Origin: Bacteroidota bacterium
GTDB lineage: Bacteria > Bacteroidota > Bacteroidia > Chitinophagales > LD1
Direction of reading: 5' to 3'
Length of the DNA: 64,000 bases
Assembly (NCBI GenBank): GCA_947478005.1
Contig: CANJVG010000002.1
Coordinates: forward strand, 5,463 to 69,462
Within the stretch, counting starts at the first letter, position 1. Each line of letters starts with the position of its first letter. The notes beneath the pieces are model-generated. The model was not told the DNA's origin, did not search any database, and saw only the letters and a program-made list of their open reading frames with translations. Below are positions 8,829 to 19,159 of this stretch, one piece after another. The translations under genes and the position numbers were made by a program.

Positions 8829-10178
8829 TTAAAGGATAATGTCTTTTACTTTTATATCCTGCTTTTGCTTCTTGGCTATAAAAGTATCCTTGTCAAGAAT
8901 ATTTCGTACCGCGCCATAACGCTGAAAACGAATCCTTGTATATTTCTTTAAGTTTACGTCAGTCAATTTTGCGTAGCTCGCGGCAATGTCAAGCACGTTT
9001 TTGGCCACTTGCTCGCGGATAGATTTATAATAGTCTTCTTGCATTTTCTGGTCAGCCGGAGAAGGATAAGCATTACCTGTAACGCTATCTGTAACTAAAC
9101 TTACAAAGGGTGCATTTTTCTTGAGGTCTTCCATGTTGTCTGCCAAATCTCTCAATGGATTCAGAACTTTTTCGTTATCGCTTATCATTTTAGCGGAAGC
9201 GGGGTCACCAATATTATTAAACAACCCTTTTGCCTCATCAAGACGGAATCCTATTAAGGCATCATACGCACGACATTTATCTGCCAGTGCCATATTTCCG
9301 GCTTTGTCGTAAAGTTTAGATGCCAGCAAAAAACTGCCTTTATTCATTGTAGCGGCAGCCAGTTTTTCTAAAGCATCATCATTTCTTTTTTCGTTGTATG
9401 TATCCCCTAAACGAACAATCAGATTATCGGCTTCCTCTGCTCTGTTTTCTGAATAAAGATAATCGGCATACTTCTGAATTCCCTCTTCTACACCTTGGCT
9501 TAGGTAGGCGTCTATGGCCTTTACATACTCCTTGCGGTTGTAATAAATATCACCTGCCTTTTTAGCACCCTCTAAATTTTTCAATTTTAAATAAGTTTCT
9601 GCGGCCTTCACTTCGTTATCACCTCCCTTATCAAAATATTCTTTGGCTATTTGTTCGATCTTAACAGCAGCATCGCCAATGGCATAATATTCAATCGCCT
9701 TATTATAGCTGCCAGCACCTTTTTCATAAAACCGATCGCCAATCAATCTTCCACCTTCTTTAACTGCGTCTGCTTTACCAAATAATGCCATTGCCTTCGT
9801 AAGCATTTTAGTTTGATTTTTATCCTCCTCATTAAATGCCTGATCGACCATGGCTTCCGCTACTTTTTTCAATCCTTCTTTCTTGGCTTCTTTAGTGGAG
9901 GCATTGTATGAGTTAGTGGCATTGACCAAGTCTCCCTTCTCAAGATAGGCATCACCTACTACAGCAGAAATTTCTTGTGGCTTCATTCCACCTTTTTGAA
10001 AACTTTCTTTGGCCTTGTTAATTCCTTCCTGGCGCTTAGCAGCGTCCGCTTGTGTCATTGCCTTTTTGAGCAGTTCGGTTCCTTTGGCAACGTCCTTGCT
10101 TTGAGCAAAAATCTGGGTCGCACAACACAACATCACTATACTTGCAGCGATGAATTGCTTTATATTTTTTGAGTTCAT
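8829..10178 (-). CDS. secreted alpha-helical repeat (TPR-like) protein
   Basis: Signal peptide and recurring GDxY...KAIxxY helical repeats. Confidence 0.7.
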   Translation of the reverse strand: MNSKNIKQFIAASIVMLCCATQIFAQSKDVAKGTELLKKAMTQADAAKRQEGINKAKESFQKGGMKPQEISAVVGDAYLEKGDLVNATNSYNASTKEAKKEGLKKVAEAMVDQAFNEEDKNQTKMLTKAMALFGKADAVKEGGRLIGDRFYEKGAGSYNKAIEYYAIGDAAVKIEQIAKEYFDKGGDNEVKAAETYLKLKNLEGAKKAGDIYYNRKEYVKAIDAYLSQGVEEGIQKYADYLYSENRAEEADNLIVRLGDTYNEKRNDDALEKLAAATMNKGSFLLASKLYDKAGNMALADKCRAYDALIGFRLDEAKGLFNNIGDPASAKMISDNEKVLNPLRDLADNMEDLKKNAPFVSLVTDSVTGNAYPSPADQKMQEDYYKSIREQVAKNVLDIAASYAKLTDVNLKKYTRIRFQRYGAVRNILDKDTFIAKKQKQDIKVKDIIL

Positions 10179-10272
10179 AATAAATGGTTTAATAAAGAAT
10201 GGAATAAAGATAGTATTTCATGAAATATTACAAGCAAATTGAAAAAAATCTTTCAGCATCACAAATAATTTA

Positions 10273-11049
10273 ATGAAAGAAAATTCGGTCTATCAATTAT
10301 TGGAGCGCAAATACAAAGAGTTTAACTCCTCCTCTTTTGTTGAAAATGACCCCATCTCCATACCTCATCGGTATTCTAAAAAGCAGGATATAGAAATCGC
10401 GGCTTTTTTCTCAGCTACTATTGCGTGGGGTAATCGAAAATCTATTATCACTTCTGCCAATAAATTAATGACCTTGATGGATAATGCACCACATGATTTC
10501 ATATTAAATCACGAGGAAAAAGATTTAAAAAATTTAATGGACTTCAAGCACCGCACATTTAATACAACAGATACTCTTTATTTTGTTGAATTTCTAAAAC
10601 AACATTATTTAAAGCATGAAAGTCTGGAAGATGCGTTTCTGAAATCCGAAATAAAAAATTCGCAAGCAGAGGCGCTATCCGAATTTCACAATTACTTTTT
10701 TTCATTGGAAGATTCTCCTCATCGCACCCGAAAACACGTGGCTACTCCTGTTCGCGGAAGCACCTGTAAACGAATGAATATGTTTTTGCGGTGGATGGTT
10801 CGAAAAGATAAAAGTGGAGTTGATTTTGGTTTATGGAAAAAATTAAAGCCAAGTCAACTTTTGATTCCTTTAGATGTGCATGTGGACAGAACTGCTCGAA
10901 AGCTAGGTTTGATTAAACGCAAACAAACCGATTGGGAAACAGTCGTTGAACTTACAGAAAACTTAAAGCAATTTGACCCCAAGGATCCTGTCAAATATGA
11001 CTTCGCCCTTTTTGGAATTAGCGTTTTGGATAAAATGCAAATACATTAG
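10273..11049 (+). CDS. TIGR02757 / DUF2400 family protein
   Basis: Motifs DPISIPH, AWGNRKSII, CKRMNMFLRWMVRKD, PLDVHV and DPVKYDFALFG. Confidence 0.9.
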   Translation: MKENSVYQLLERKYKEFNSSSFVENDPISIPHRYSKKQDIEIAAFFSATIAWGNRKSIITSANKLMTLMDNAPHDFILNHEEKDLKNLMDFKHRTFNTTDTLYFVEFLKQHYLKHESLEDAFLKSEIKNSQAEALSEFHNYFFSLEDSPHRTRKHVATPVRGSTCKRMNMFLRWMVRKDKSGVDFGLWKKLKPSQLLIPLDVHVDRTARKLGLIKRKQTDWETVVELTENLKQFDPKDPVKYDFALFGISVLDKMQIH

Positions 11050-11055
11050 CAACTC

Positions 11056-11382
11056 ATGGAATTATCAAAAACGCTTTTTGATTCGTTTGAAATTGACGAG
11101 CAACTTCTGCCTGCTGTAAACAATGAAGAAGAAAAGATGCGCGCGTTTCGACATCTGCTTATCCAAAGAATTGAGGAGCTTTTGCTCCATGATTTCGAGA
11201 AGTTGAAATGGATTCTCTATCGCATTGATGTAAGCGAGAAGAAATTGAACGAAGCGTTGCAAAACTCCGAAACTGATGCGCCTACAGTTATGGCTGATTT
11301 GATTATTCAACGGCAAATAGAAAAAGCAGAAAGCAGAAAAAAATTTGGAGGTAACGAAAATGATTGGAATTTTGACGTATGA
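11056..11382 (+). CDS. conserved hypothetical protein
   Basis: LYRIDVSE...IIQRQIEK motif seen in Bacteroidota, in operon context. Confidence 0.75.
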   Translation: MELSKTLFDSFEIDEQLLPAVNNEEEKMRAFRHLLIQRIEELLLHDFEKLKWILYRIDVSEKKLNEALQNSETDAPTVMADLIIQRQIEKAESRKKFGGNENDWNFDV

Positions 11383-12650
11383 GCAAAGCCAACAATCCTG
11401 AATTAAAATCGTGGGTGGAAGTAAAAGCCGATAGCGACTTCCCTATTCAAAATCTTCCTTTCGGAATTTTCAAAACAAATCAAACCCCACCCCGTGCAGG
11501 TATAGCAATTGGTGGTTTCGTTCTTGACCTAAAGATTATTGCAGAAGCTGGGTTTTTTAATTCCATACAGTTTGACAAAACTGTTTTATCGCAGCCCGAA
11601 TTAAACAGTTTTATAGCTTGTGGTAAAGAAGTAACCAATGCCGTGCGTGAAAGAATTTCTGATTTACTGACCGCAGAAAACCCTGAATTACGCGACAACA
11701 CAGCTCTTAAAGCTAAAGCGCTAATTCTTCGAAGCGATACGGAAATGTTGATGCCTGTTAATGTTCCGAACTATACCGATTTTTATTCGAGCAAAGAGCA
11801 TGCAACTAATGTAGGAATCATGTTTCGCGACCCTGCCAATGCATTATTACCAAACTGGAAACATCTGCCAGTTGGATATCATGGTCGCGCATCTTCAATT
11901 GTGGTTAGCGGAACTTCGATTCATCGACCAAAGGGACAAACCAAAGCAGACGATGCCGTTACTCCTTCATTCGGCCCATGCAGACTTTTAGATTTTGAAT
12001 TGGAAGTAGCTTTTATAGCAGGCAAGGCAACGGAATTGGGCACAAGCATTTCTACCTCTCAAGCGGATGATTTCATTTTTGGCTTAGTGCTTTTCAATGA
12101 TTGGAGCGCACGCGATATTCAAAAATGGGAATATGTCCCGCTTGGTCCTTTTTTGGCGAAAAACTTTGGCTCTACTTCTTCTCCGTGGATCGTTACCCTT
12201 GAAGCGCTCGAACCCTTTAGAGTAGACTCACCCATACAAGAACCCGAAGTTCTTCCCTACTTAAAGTTTGAAGGCAAGAAAAACTTCGACATTAATTTGG
12301 AAGTGGAAATAATTCCTGAAGATGGTATGGGCAAGGTCGTTTCGCATAGCAACTTCAAACACATGTACTGGAATATGGCGCAACAACTGGCCCATCATAC
12401 TGTGAATGGTTGTAACATTGAAGTTGGTGATTTGTATGCGAGCGGAACTATCAGCGGACCAACAGCTGATTCTTATGGTTCTATGTTAGAGATTAGTTGG
12501 CAAGGGAAAAATCCAACTCAAATGCCTGACGGAACGGAGCGAAAGTTTATTCTTGATAATGATACCGTGGTGATGAGAGGTTATTGTAAGAAGGACGGAG
12601 TTCGAATTGGATTTGGTGAATGTTCCGGAAAGATTCTGCCGGCACTATGA
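11379..12650 (+). CDS. fahA: fumarylacetoacetase
   Basis: Motifs SDFPIQNLPFG, YTDFYSS, PVGYHGRASS, LDFELE, NDWSARDIQKWE and ASGTISGP. Confidence 0.95.
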   Translation: MSKANNPELKSWVEVKADSDFPIQNLPFGIFKTNQTPPRAGIAIGGFVLDLKIIAEAGFFNSIQFDKTVLSQPELNSFIACGKEVTNAVRERISDLLTAENPELRDNTALKAKALILRSDTEMLMPVNVPNYTDFYSSKEHATNVGIMFRDPANALLPNWKHLPVGYHGRASSIVVSGTSIHRPKGQTKADDAVTPSFGPCRLLDFELEVAFIAGKATELGTSISTSQADDFIFGLVLFNDWSARDIQKWEYVPLGPFLAKNFGSTSSPWIVTLEALEPFRVDSPIQEPEVLPYLKFEGKKNFDINLEVEIIPEDGMGKVVSHSNFKHMYWNMAQQLAHHTVNGCNIEVGDLYASGTISGPTADSYGSMLEISWQGKNPTQMPDGTERKFILDNDTVVMRGYCKKDGVRIGFGECSGKILPAL

Positions 12651-12922
12651 AATATTATCTTCTAGGACTTTTATTCCTCATTATGGGTGCCGGTGCGCGC
12701 ACTATGTTTGAAATTGCACATCAGGCGCTGGGTCGCGAACACGATTTTGCCCCAGCGGCTGACACAACGCGCTTAATTTTTCTTGCTCTTTGGTTTATTT
12801 TAATGATGATTATGAACGTAGTGCTGTTGCGCCATCAGGAAATTAAGAACAGAAAATTATTGATTGCCTTTCTTTCTTTGGGCGTTGTTGCTCCTTCGAT
12901 TTACATGTTTTTATCACACTGA
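12647..12922 (+). CDS. small membrane protein
   Basis: The ATG overlaps the fahA TGA (ATGA). Three hydrophobic segments. Confidence 0.6.
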   Translation: MKYYLLGLLFLIMGAGARTMFEIAHQALGREHDFAPAADTTRLIFLALWFILMMIMNVVLLRHQEIKNRKLLIAFLSLGVVAPSIYMFLSH

Positions 12923-13001
12923 TTTCTATCAGATTTAGAAATATCCCCACCAGCAATCAGTATTATTGCATCTATAATTAATTACCATTTAAACCATACA
13001 C

Positions 13002-13466
13002 ATGAAAATCAGAATGTGGCTTGTTCCTTTTAGTTTATCGGTTGCCTTGTTACTCATTAATTCTTGCGAAAAGAGAGGCTGTGGCACGACCAATATCAGC
13101 AAAACTAACGGGCATGAAAGCCATAATATGGGAGAGAACTGTATGAATTGCCATAAGAGTGGTGGGGAAGGTAAAGGTTGCTTTCTGGCAGCGGGCACGG
13201 TTTATAATAATGCCGGAATTAGTATATATGCCAACGCTACTATTCGATTGTATTCGCAACCGAATGGTGCGGGCTCGGTTGTAGCAACCATACAGGGTGA
13301 TGCAAAGGGTAATTTCTATACCACCGACAATATTGATTTCGGTAATGGTCTTTACCCATCGGTTACAAATAGCAGCGGACAGACATCTTATATGAGCTCC
13401 ACAATATCTACCGGGGCCTGTAGCAGTTGCCATGGAGTGAGTCAGGCAAAAATCTCAACGCTTTAA
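13002..13466 (+). CDS. putative di-heme c-type cytochrome lipoprotein
   Basis: Lipobox-like INSC and two CXXCH motifs (CMNCH, CSSCH). Confidence 0.7.
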   Translation: MKIRMWLVPFSLSVALLLINSCEKRGCGTTNISKTNGHESHNMGENCMNCHKSGGEGKGCFLAAGTVYNNAGISIYANATIRLYSQPNGAGSVVATIQGDAKGNFYTTDNIDFGNGLYPSVTNSSGQTSYMSSTISTGACSSCHGVSQAKISTL

Positions 13467-13499
13467 AGCATCGTTAGAATTGCTGTATTATTGTGAAAT

Positions 13500-14417
13500 A
13501 TGCTTTCCATCAATCCCGCAGAAATCACGATGGCCAAATTGCACGAGTATTTGCTCAGTGCGGTTGCACCCAGACCGATAGCTTTTGTTTCTACCATAGA
13601 TAAAGAAGGCCACGCAAATCTTGCTCCGTTTTCTTTCTTCAATGTATTCGGCTCCAATCCCCCTACGCTGATTTATTCGCCTGCGCGAAGTGGGCGAACC
13701 GGTGCTACCAAAAACACCCATGATAATGTGTTGGAAGTGAAAGAATGCGTGGTGAATATTGCTCACTACGATATGCTTTATCAAATGAATTTGGCAGCAG
13801 GCATGTATCCTAAAGGAACCGATGAATTCAAAAAATCCGGACTCACGCCAATTGCATCTCTCATAGTAAAGCCTCCGCGTGTAGCAGAATGTTATGTGCA
13901 GATGGAGTGCGATGTAAAACAGGTGATTGAAACGGGGCCGAACGGAGGCGCAGGAAATCTGGTGATTTGTGAAGTGAAGATGATTCACATAAACGAAAAG
14001 GTATTGAATGAAGAAGGAAGTATTGACCCCTTTAAGATGGATTATATCGCGCGGATGGGAAAACAGTTCTGGGCGCGCATTGGAGCAGAAAACATTATTT
14101 CTGTTCCAGGTTTTAAAATGGCGAATGAGTTAGGTATTGGTTGGGATTCGTTGCCTGAAGGCATTCGTCTTTCCAACTATCTTTCAGGGAATGACATTGC
14201 AAGAGTAGCTGCGTTATCAGCTTTCCCAACAGCGGAAGAATTGGATGCTTTGCTGAAAGCAGATTTTGTAACAGAAATATTTGCAGAACATAAAAACGAC
14301 TTTGTGGCTTTAGAGAAAGCCATTCACCAGCGGGCTAAAATTGAAATTGAGAGAGGAAGTTTATCACTTGCCTTCCAGTTACTGATGCTGGCCGAAGAAA
14401 ACAGAAATAAAAATTAA
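13500..14417 (+). CDS. flavin reductase family protein
   Basis: Motifs VAPRPIAFVST, NLAPFSFFN and VKPPRVAEC. Confidence 0.9.
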   Translation: MLSINPAEITMAKLHEYLLSAVAPRPIAFVSTIDKEGHANLAPFSFFNVFGSNPPTLIYSPARSGRTGATKNTHDNVLEVKECVVNIAHYDMLYQMNLAAGMYPKGTDEFKKSGLTPIASLIVKPPRVAECYVQMECDVKQVIETGPNGGAGNLVICEVKMIHINEKVLNEEGSIDPFKMDYIARMGKQFWARIGAENIISVPGFKMANELGIGWDSLPEGIRLSNYLSGNDIARVAALSAFPTAEELDALLKADFVTEIFAEHKNDFVALEKAIHQRAKIEIERGSLSLAFQLLMLAEENRNKN

Positions 14418-14429
14418 ACAGAAAATAGC

Positions 14430-15335
14430 ATGCTAGGTATCCGCCTCTTCCTTGTCAAAAAAGTGCTCCGCAGAGTAAAGAATAACGCGAAGTACACAGA
14501 TATTCTTAAAGCCCGTAGGGGATTTGAACATCTCGTAGGCCATCGGAACAAACCGCTCAAAGGTTTTAAATATGAAGCCACTGTCATTGGTGAAATGAAA
14601 GCGGAATGGATAACGCCCGATGGAGCTGATGAGAAAAAAGTATTGTTATACTTTCATGGGGGTGGCTATGCCGTTGGTTCGCCAAATACTCACCGCGGAT
14701 TGATTTCTCAGATTGCTAAAAACGCAGGTATTAAAGCATTGGCTATCGACTATCGTTTAGCTCCTGAAAATAAATATCCTGCTCCTATCGAGGATGCAGT
14801 TGCGGCCTTTCAATTTTTGCTTGGGCATGGATACAGGGCAAAAGACATTTGCTTTGGTGGAGACAGTGCCGGTGGTGGTGTAAACATTGGAACGCTCTGT
14901 TATCTGCGCGATAACAATTTACCTCTTCCTAAATGTGCTATTGCGCTTTCTCCATGGCTTGACCTTACTTTAACCAGTAACGCCTATCGCGATAACCGGC
15001 ACATTGACCCTATGCTAACACACGAAGCGTTTCCTCTTTGGATAAAAAACTATTTGGGCGATGCCGATTCCAAATCGCCTTATGCTTCGCCCATTTTTCA
15101 TTCTTTAAAGGACCTTCCTCCTGTCATGATTCAGGTCGGTGAAGAAGAATTGCTGCTGGATGACTCCACCACTTTTGCTACTAAAGCTAAATCCGAAGGT
15201 GTGGATGTGCGAATAGAAGTTTATCCAAAGAAGTTTCACGTGTTTAATGCTTTTTGGCAGGTACTGCCAAAGGCAAGGGAAGCAAACAAGAAGTTGGGCG
15301 AGTTTCTGAAGTCGCAGCTTTACGCTCAAGCATAG
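14430..15335 (+). CDS. alpha/beta hydrolase (HSL-like family IV esterase)
   Basis: Motifs HGGGY, DYRLAPE, GDSAGG and HVF. Confidence 0.9.
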   Translation: MLGIRLFLVKKVLRRVKNNAKYTDILKARRGFEHLVGHRNKPLKGFKYEATVIGEMKAEWITPDGADEKKVLLYFHGGGYAVGSPNTHRGLISQIAKNAGIKALAIDYRLAPENKYPAPIEDAVAAFQFLLGHGYRAKDICFGGDSAGGGVNIGTLCYLRDNNLPLPKCAIALSPWLDLTLTSNAYRDNRHIDPMLTHEAFPLWIKNYLGDADSKSPYASPIFHSLKDLPPVMIQVGEEELLLDDSTTFATKAKSEGVDVRIEVYPKKFHVFNAFWQVLPKAREANKKLGEFLKSQLYAQA

Positions 15336-15341
15336 AAAATA

Positions 15342-15377
15342 AAAAAGCCGCTTCAAAATAAATTTGAGCGGCTTTTT
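15342..15377. terminator. bidirectional terminator between the esterase and recA
   Basis: AAAAAGCCGCTTCAAA...TTTGAGCGGCTTTTT. Confidence 0.8.
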
Positions 15378-15396
15378 CATTTGTGTCAATTAATAA

Positions 15397-16446
15397 TTAC
15401 GCTTCTTCTTCGGCTTCTACTTTTACTACTTCAATACCGGCCATTACTTTGGCCTTAATCTTTCCTTCAATTTCGGCAGAAAGACCCGGGTTGTCGTCCA
15501 GCATTTGTTTTACACCATCGCGGCCCTGGCCCAGTTTTGTTCCTTCATAGCTATACCATGAACCGCTTTTTTGCAACACACCGAGTTCGCTGCCCATGTC
15601 CACAATTTCTCCGTTTTTAGAAACACCCATTCCATACATAATATCGAACTCGCAGGTTCTGAAAGGCGGAGCCATTTTATTCTTCACCACTTTTACCCGG
15701 GTTCTGTTGCCGGTTAAGCTGTCGCCATCTTTCAATTGACCAATTCTGCGAATGTCTAAACGAACCGAAGCATAGAACTTCAAAGCATTACCTCCGGTAG
15801 TTGTTTCGGGGTTGCCGAACATTACGCCTATTTTTTCGCGTAACTGATTGATGAAAATGCAGCAGCATCCTGTTTTTGAAATTGTGCCGGTGAGTTTTCT
15901 CAAGGCCTGACTCATTAAACGGGCGTGTAATCCCATTTTAGATTCTCCCATTTCGCCTTCCAACTCGCTGCGCGGAACCAATGCCGCTACCGAGTCAATA
16001 ACTATAATGTCGATAGCACCCGAGCGAATCAAATGCTCGGTAATGTCCAACGCTTGCTCGCCATCATCGGGCTGAGAGATGAGAAGGTTATTTACATCTA
16101 CGCCTAATTTTATTGCATAGTCTTTATCAAAAGCATGTTCTGCATCTATAAAGGCTGCAATGCCGCCTGCGCGCTGACAGTTGGCTATGGCCTGAATGGC
16201 CAAAGTGGTTTTACCCGAAGATTCCGGTCCGTAAATTTCCACCACTCTTCCTTTAGGTAATCCGCCAATGCCGAGGGCAATATCAAGGCCAAGCGAACCG
16301 GTAGGAATGGCTTCCACACCCATCACTTTCGAATCGCCAAGTTTCATAATCGTTCCTTTGCCATAGGCTTTGTCGAGCTTGTCAACCGTAAGCTGCAGTG
16401 CTTTGAATTTTTCTTTTTTCTCTTCTGCCGATTGTTTGTTGGTCAT
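15397..16446 (-). CDS. recA: recombinase RecA
   Basis: Motifs [24 protein letters not shown] and [20 protein letters not shown] at 16446. Confidence 0.98.
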   Translation of the reverse strand: MTNKQSAEEKKEKFKALQLTVDKLDKAYGKGTIMKLGDSKVMGVEAIPTGSLGLDIALGIGGLPKGRVVEIYGPESSGKTTLAIQAIANCQRAGGIAAFIDAEHAFDKDYAIKLGVDVNNLLISQPDDGEQALDITEHLIRSGAIDIIVIDSVAALVPRSELEGEMGESKMGLHARLMSQALRKLTGTISKTGCCCIFINQLREKIGVMFGNPETTTGGNALKFYASVRLDIRRIGQLKDGDSLTGNRTRVKVVKNKMAPPFRTCEFDIMYGMGVSKNGEIVDMGSELGVLQKSGSWYSYEGTKLGQGRDGVKQMLDDNPGLSAEIEGKIKAKVMAGIEVVKVEAEEEA

Positions 16447-16467
16447 TGTTTTTGATTTTAATGGTTG

Positions 16468-16507
16468 CAAATCTAATAGTTGTTTTTAATTAAGCTAATT
16501 ATTTTAG
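16468..16507 (-). promoter_or_regulatory. recA promoter (-7 element TAGATTTG at 16468-16475) and candidate SOS box CTAA-N5-TTAG (16495-16507)
   Basis: Matches the Bacteroidota TAnnTTTG -7 consensus. CTAATTATTTTAG fits a motif I recall for non-canonical Bacteroidota LexA. Confidence 0.65.
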
Positions 16508-16680
16508 TTTATTGTTTAGTTATCAAACTAAAACCTTCGGCAATTGCGCTTATCGCCTTTCGGTTTCAGTTTGATAATGCAATGATAGGGCTGCAGAACG
16601 CAACCTACTTGCGTAGTCAAAAATAATTTTCTAAAAAAAGCTTTAGCCCTTTTTAAACAGCAATCATTGGTTAGGCTGCC

Positions 16681-16917
16681 TTAAATCTCTTGCAGATGCT
16701 CGGTCTTGTAGCTGTGCTCCATAATGATGCGCAGAGAGGTTTCGCTCGGGCTTTTCATTTGGCTGTTTAGCTGACGTTTGGTTTGCACCATTTCCATCAG
16801 TTCTTCCTGCAGGTTTTCGTTTTCGCTTAGTTCAGCGGCCAGTAGTTCTCTTTCTTCCAAAGTGGTTTCGCCATAAGCGTGTAGCAATAATAAATCGAGT
16901 GTAGAGTTTGTTTTCAT
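16681..16917 (-). CDS. small acidic protein, anti-sigma-like N-terminal pattern
   Basis: LLLHAYGETTLEE...PSETSLRIIMEHS resembles small Bacteroidota proteins usually found next to ECF sigma genes. Confidence 0.6.
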   Translation of the reverse strand: MKTNSTLDLLLLHAYGETTLEERELLAAELSENENLQEELMEMVQTKRQLNSQMKSPSETSLRIIMEHSYKTEHLQEI

Positions 16918-17065
16918 ATCCTTTGATTTTGTTTTTGTGCTTATAAAACGCAGGGCAGAAATATTATTGTGCAGAGCACGAAAAATCTTTGCGTCTTTTC
17001 ACAAAGGGTAACTTGTGCCTTATCTTCCGCAGGGTCCCGAGAGGGAGAACCTGCGCGGACTCGGT

Positions 17066-17524
17066 TTATTTTAAAAGATGCTCCCGTGATACCAGGAAGA
17101 TTTTGTTTCCATGTTCGGTTTTGTGGGTCCAGATTTTCAAATTATTGAACTTCACATGTGCTAAATGTAAATAGCTTGAAACTGAATCGTTCTTATTGCA
17201 TTCATTTGACAACTGCCGTAAAATAATTTTTACCCTTTCATCTTTAATGCTGTCATATTGGTTCAATGCGAACCGCTGTACTTCACCCTCTTTAAACCAA
17301 TCTAAATCTTCGATTGACTGACCTGAGATATTGGATGCAAGTTTTACCGGAATTGTATACCTCTTTTCAAAAAAACGACCAGTTGCAAACGACATCAACA
17401 AAAACAATGTCATTGTAGATATAATCCTTCTCTTATTTTCTGCAAAACGGATACTCCTACTTAGCAGAAAGAATACAGCTGCATTTATTATTAAAATTAG
17501 AATGAAGTAAAACACCATTTGCAT
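17066..17524 (-). CDS. hypothetical membrane protein
   Basis: 152-aa AT-rich ORF with two N-terminal TM segments. Confidence 0.55.
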   Translation of the reverse strand: MQMVFYFILILIINAAVFFLLSRSIRFAENKRRIISTMTLFLLMSFATGRFFEKRYTIPVKLASNISGQSIEDLDWFKEGEVQRFALNQYDSIKDERVKIILRQLSNECNKNDSVSSYLHLAHVKFNNLKIWTHKTEHGNKIFLVSREHLLK

Positions 17525-17525
17525 A

Positions 17526-17882
17526 TTAACGGGCTAAAATTATCTCTATTGAATTGTTGTTGTCATATGCCCATAAAGTTATATCGCCCATTACATTTTT
17601 ATAGGTGAACTTAATTATTTGATGCTTTACATTGCAAGTGTCAATAAAAGAACCGTAGGCATTTTTAAATTCCGCATCTAATTTTCCCATTGGCATTTTC
17701 TCAATTACATCAGGTTCTTTCCCAAAATGATGTATAACGGCTGAATACTCCATACCGATAAAATCTTTCCCGAACTCAACTGGCTTTTCGAATGTATTTA
17801 GCCAAAAAGCGAAAGTGATACTACTAGCTGCAAAGCAGATAGCCAGTAAGAAGAAAGATATAATCGCTTTAATAATTCTCAT
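17526..17882 (-). CDS. hypothetical membrane-anchored protein
   Basis: 118-aa ORF with an N-terminal hydrophobic helix, abutting the next ORF. Confidence 0.55.
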   Translation of the reverse strand: MRIIKAIISFFLLAICFAASSITFAFWLNTFEKPVEFGKDFIGMEYSAVIHHFGKEPDVIEKMPMGKLDAEFKNAYGSFIDTCNVKHQIIKFTYKNVMGDITLWAYDNNNSIEIILAR

Positions 17883-18046
17883 TGTATCTTGTTATCTAAA
17901 TCACGGCTAACTTATAAATATGGCACCCCAAATCTATCAAACATGCGCATACTCTATTCCCCCGCATCCCCCAACAACCTCTCCAAATTCCAAAAATGGC
18001 AAAAACCCCTTTTTTAAGGTTAAAATTATCATTTACCCCACCCCAG

Positions 18047-18280
18047 AGGTGGGTACCCCCTACCTTTGAGGTGGGTGGGTTGAGCAAAAAGGTGGGTCAG
18101 TTCAGCTAAAAACTAAGAGCTCGGAGGTAAAAGCAAAGCGCCCGGAGCCTAAAGGACAGCCCCGCCACCCTTCGGCTCAGGTGCCCGAGCAAAAAGCCGC
18201 GTGACCGATGCAAAAAGCAAAGCCCGCTCACTTTTTCAGTAAACGGGCTGTGGTTTTAGCTAAACGGGCTCTCCCTTTTC
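18047..18280. repeat. degenerate 21-bp-period direct-repeat array
   Basis: GAGCAAAAAG-like cores at 18082, 18103, 18124, 18145, 18187 and 18208. TAAACGGGCT at 18240 and 18261. AGGTGGGT at 18047, 18069 and 18090. Confidence 0.75.
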
Positions 18281-18772
18281 TTAAGGATTAACCGGGGTTG
18301 AATTATCCGTTTTACCCCCCTGTAGCGCAAAGCGTTCGCGCAAACGATTGTAGAGCGCATCGGCTCCCGGCACACCATCTTGTGCAGCGCTTTGCAGCAA
18401 ACGATAAGCAGTCAGGGCCGCAATATAGGCCTCTGAGCCTGCCAACATTTGCGTGTCCCTCAGTTTTTCATGTACCCGCTCTGACACCAGCACAATCTCA
18501 TTTAATTGATTGTAAAGCGCAAAGTCTTTTTGCATTTCTGCCGGCACAAAATAGTTCGGAAAAAAATCAGGATTGTTTACAATCACGTCAATAGCATCTG
18601 CTACAAAGTCGCGGTTCACCGCATTAATTTTTGGAAGAGATGATCGCTCATCCACATTTAAACCGGTTAGCCAAGGCAGGTCGGCCTCTACTTTGTTCAG
18701 GTCATCAATAACGGCTGTTTTTTCTGCTGCAGAAATACTCTGCGAAATTCGATTGCTTAGTAAATTTCCCAT
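18281..18772 (-). CDS. conserved hypothetical helical protein (NRIS...LPWL...ERSSLPK...DTQMLAGSEAY type)
   Basis: Clean 163-aa ORF with an AT-rich leader. The motif pattern matches a widespread uncharacterised family as I recall it. Confidence 0.8.
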   Translation of the reverse strand: MGNLLSNRISQSISAAEKTAVIDDLNKVEADLPWLTGLNVDERSSLPKINAVNRDFVADAIDVIVNNPDFFPNYFVPAEMQKDFALYNQLNEIVLVSERVHEKLRDTQMLAGSEAYIAALTAYRLLQSAAQDGVPGADALYNRLRERFALQGGKTDNSTPVNP

Positions 18773-19159
18773 GTGTAAAAATTTGGTTTTTGATTAAAAA
18801 AATTGATGCCCAAAGGTATATTCGAACAGGCCGAAATTTTATTTTTTTCGCGATAAATATTTATTACCTATGTGTGCAAAAAAGCAGTGTCTTCCGCTCC
18901 AACAAACAAGAGAGCTTAATCAGTTTTTTTCATCCGGTTCAGGTATCTTCAATCTGAAAATTTTGTCGGGGTTCTTTTGCTTTTAAGGAGAAGGTGTGGC
19001 ATAGCTTTGAAAGGTTTTTCTTTTACAACTAATTCAGCCCCATAAATGGTCATGCGTATTTTTTGAAAATACATGCCAAAGAATTTAACTTGCATCGCGA
19101 AGGACATACACCAGGGACTTTATCAAGCGCCCAGCACATAGATTTAAAGAGAAGTTGAA

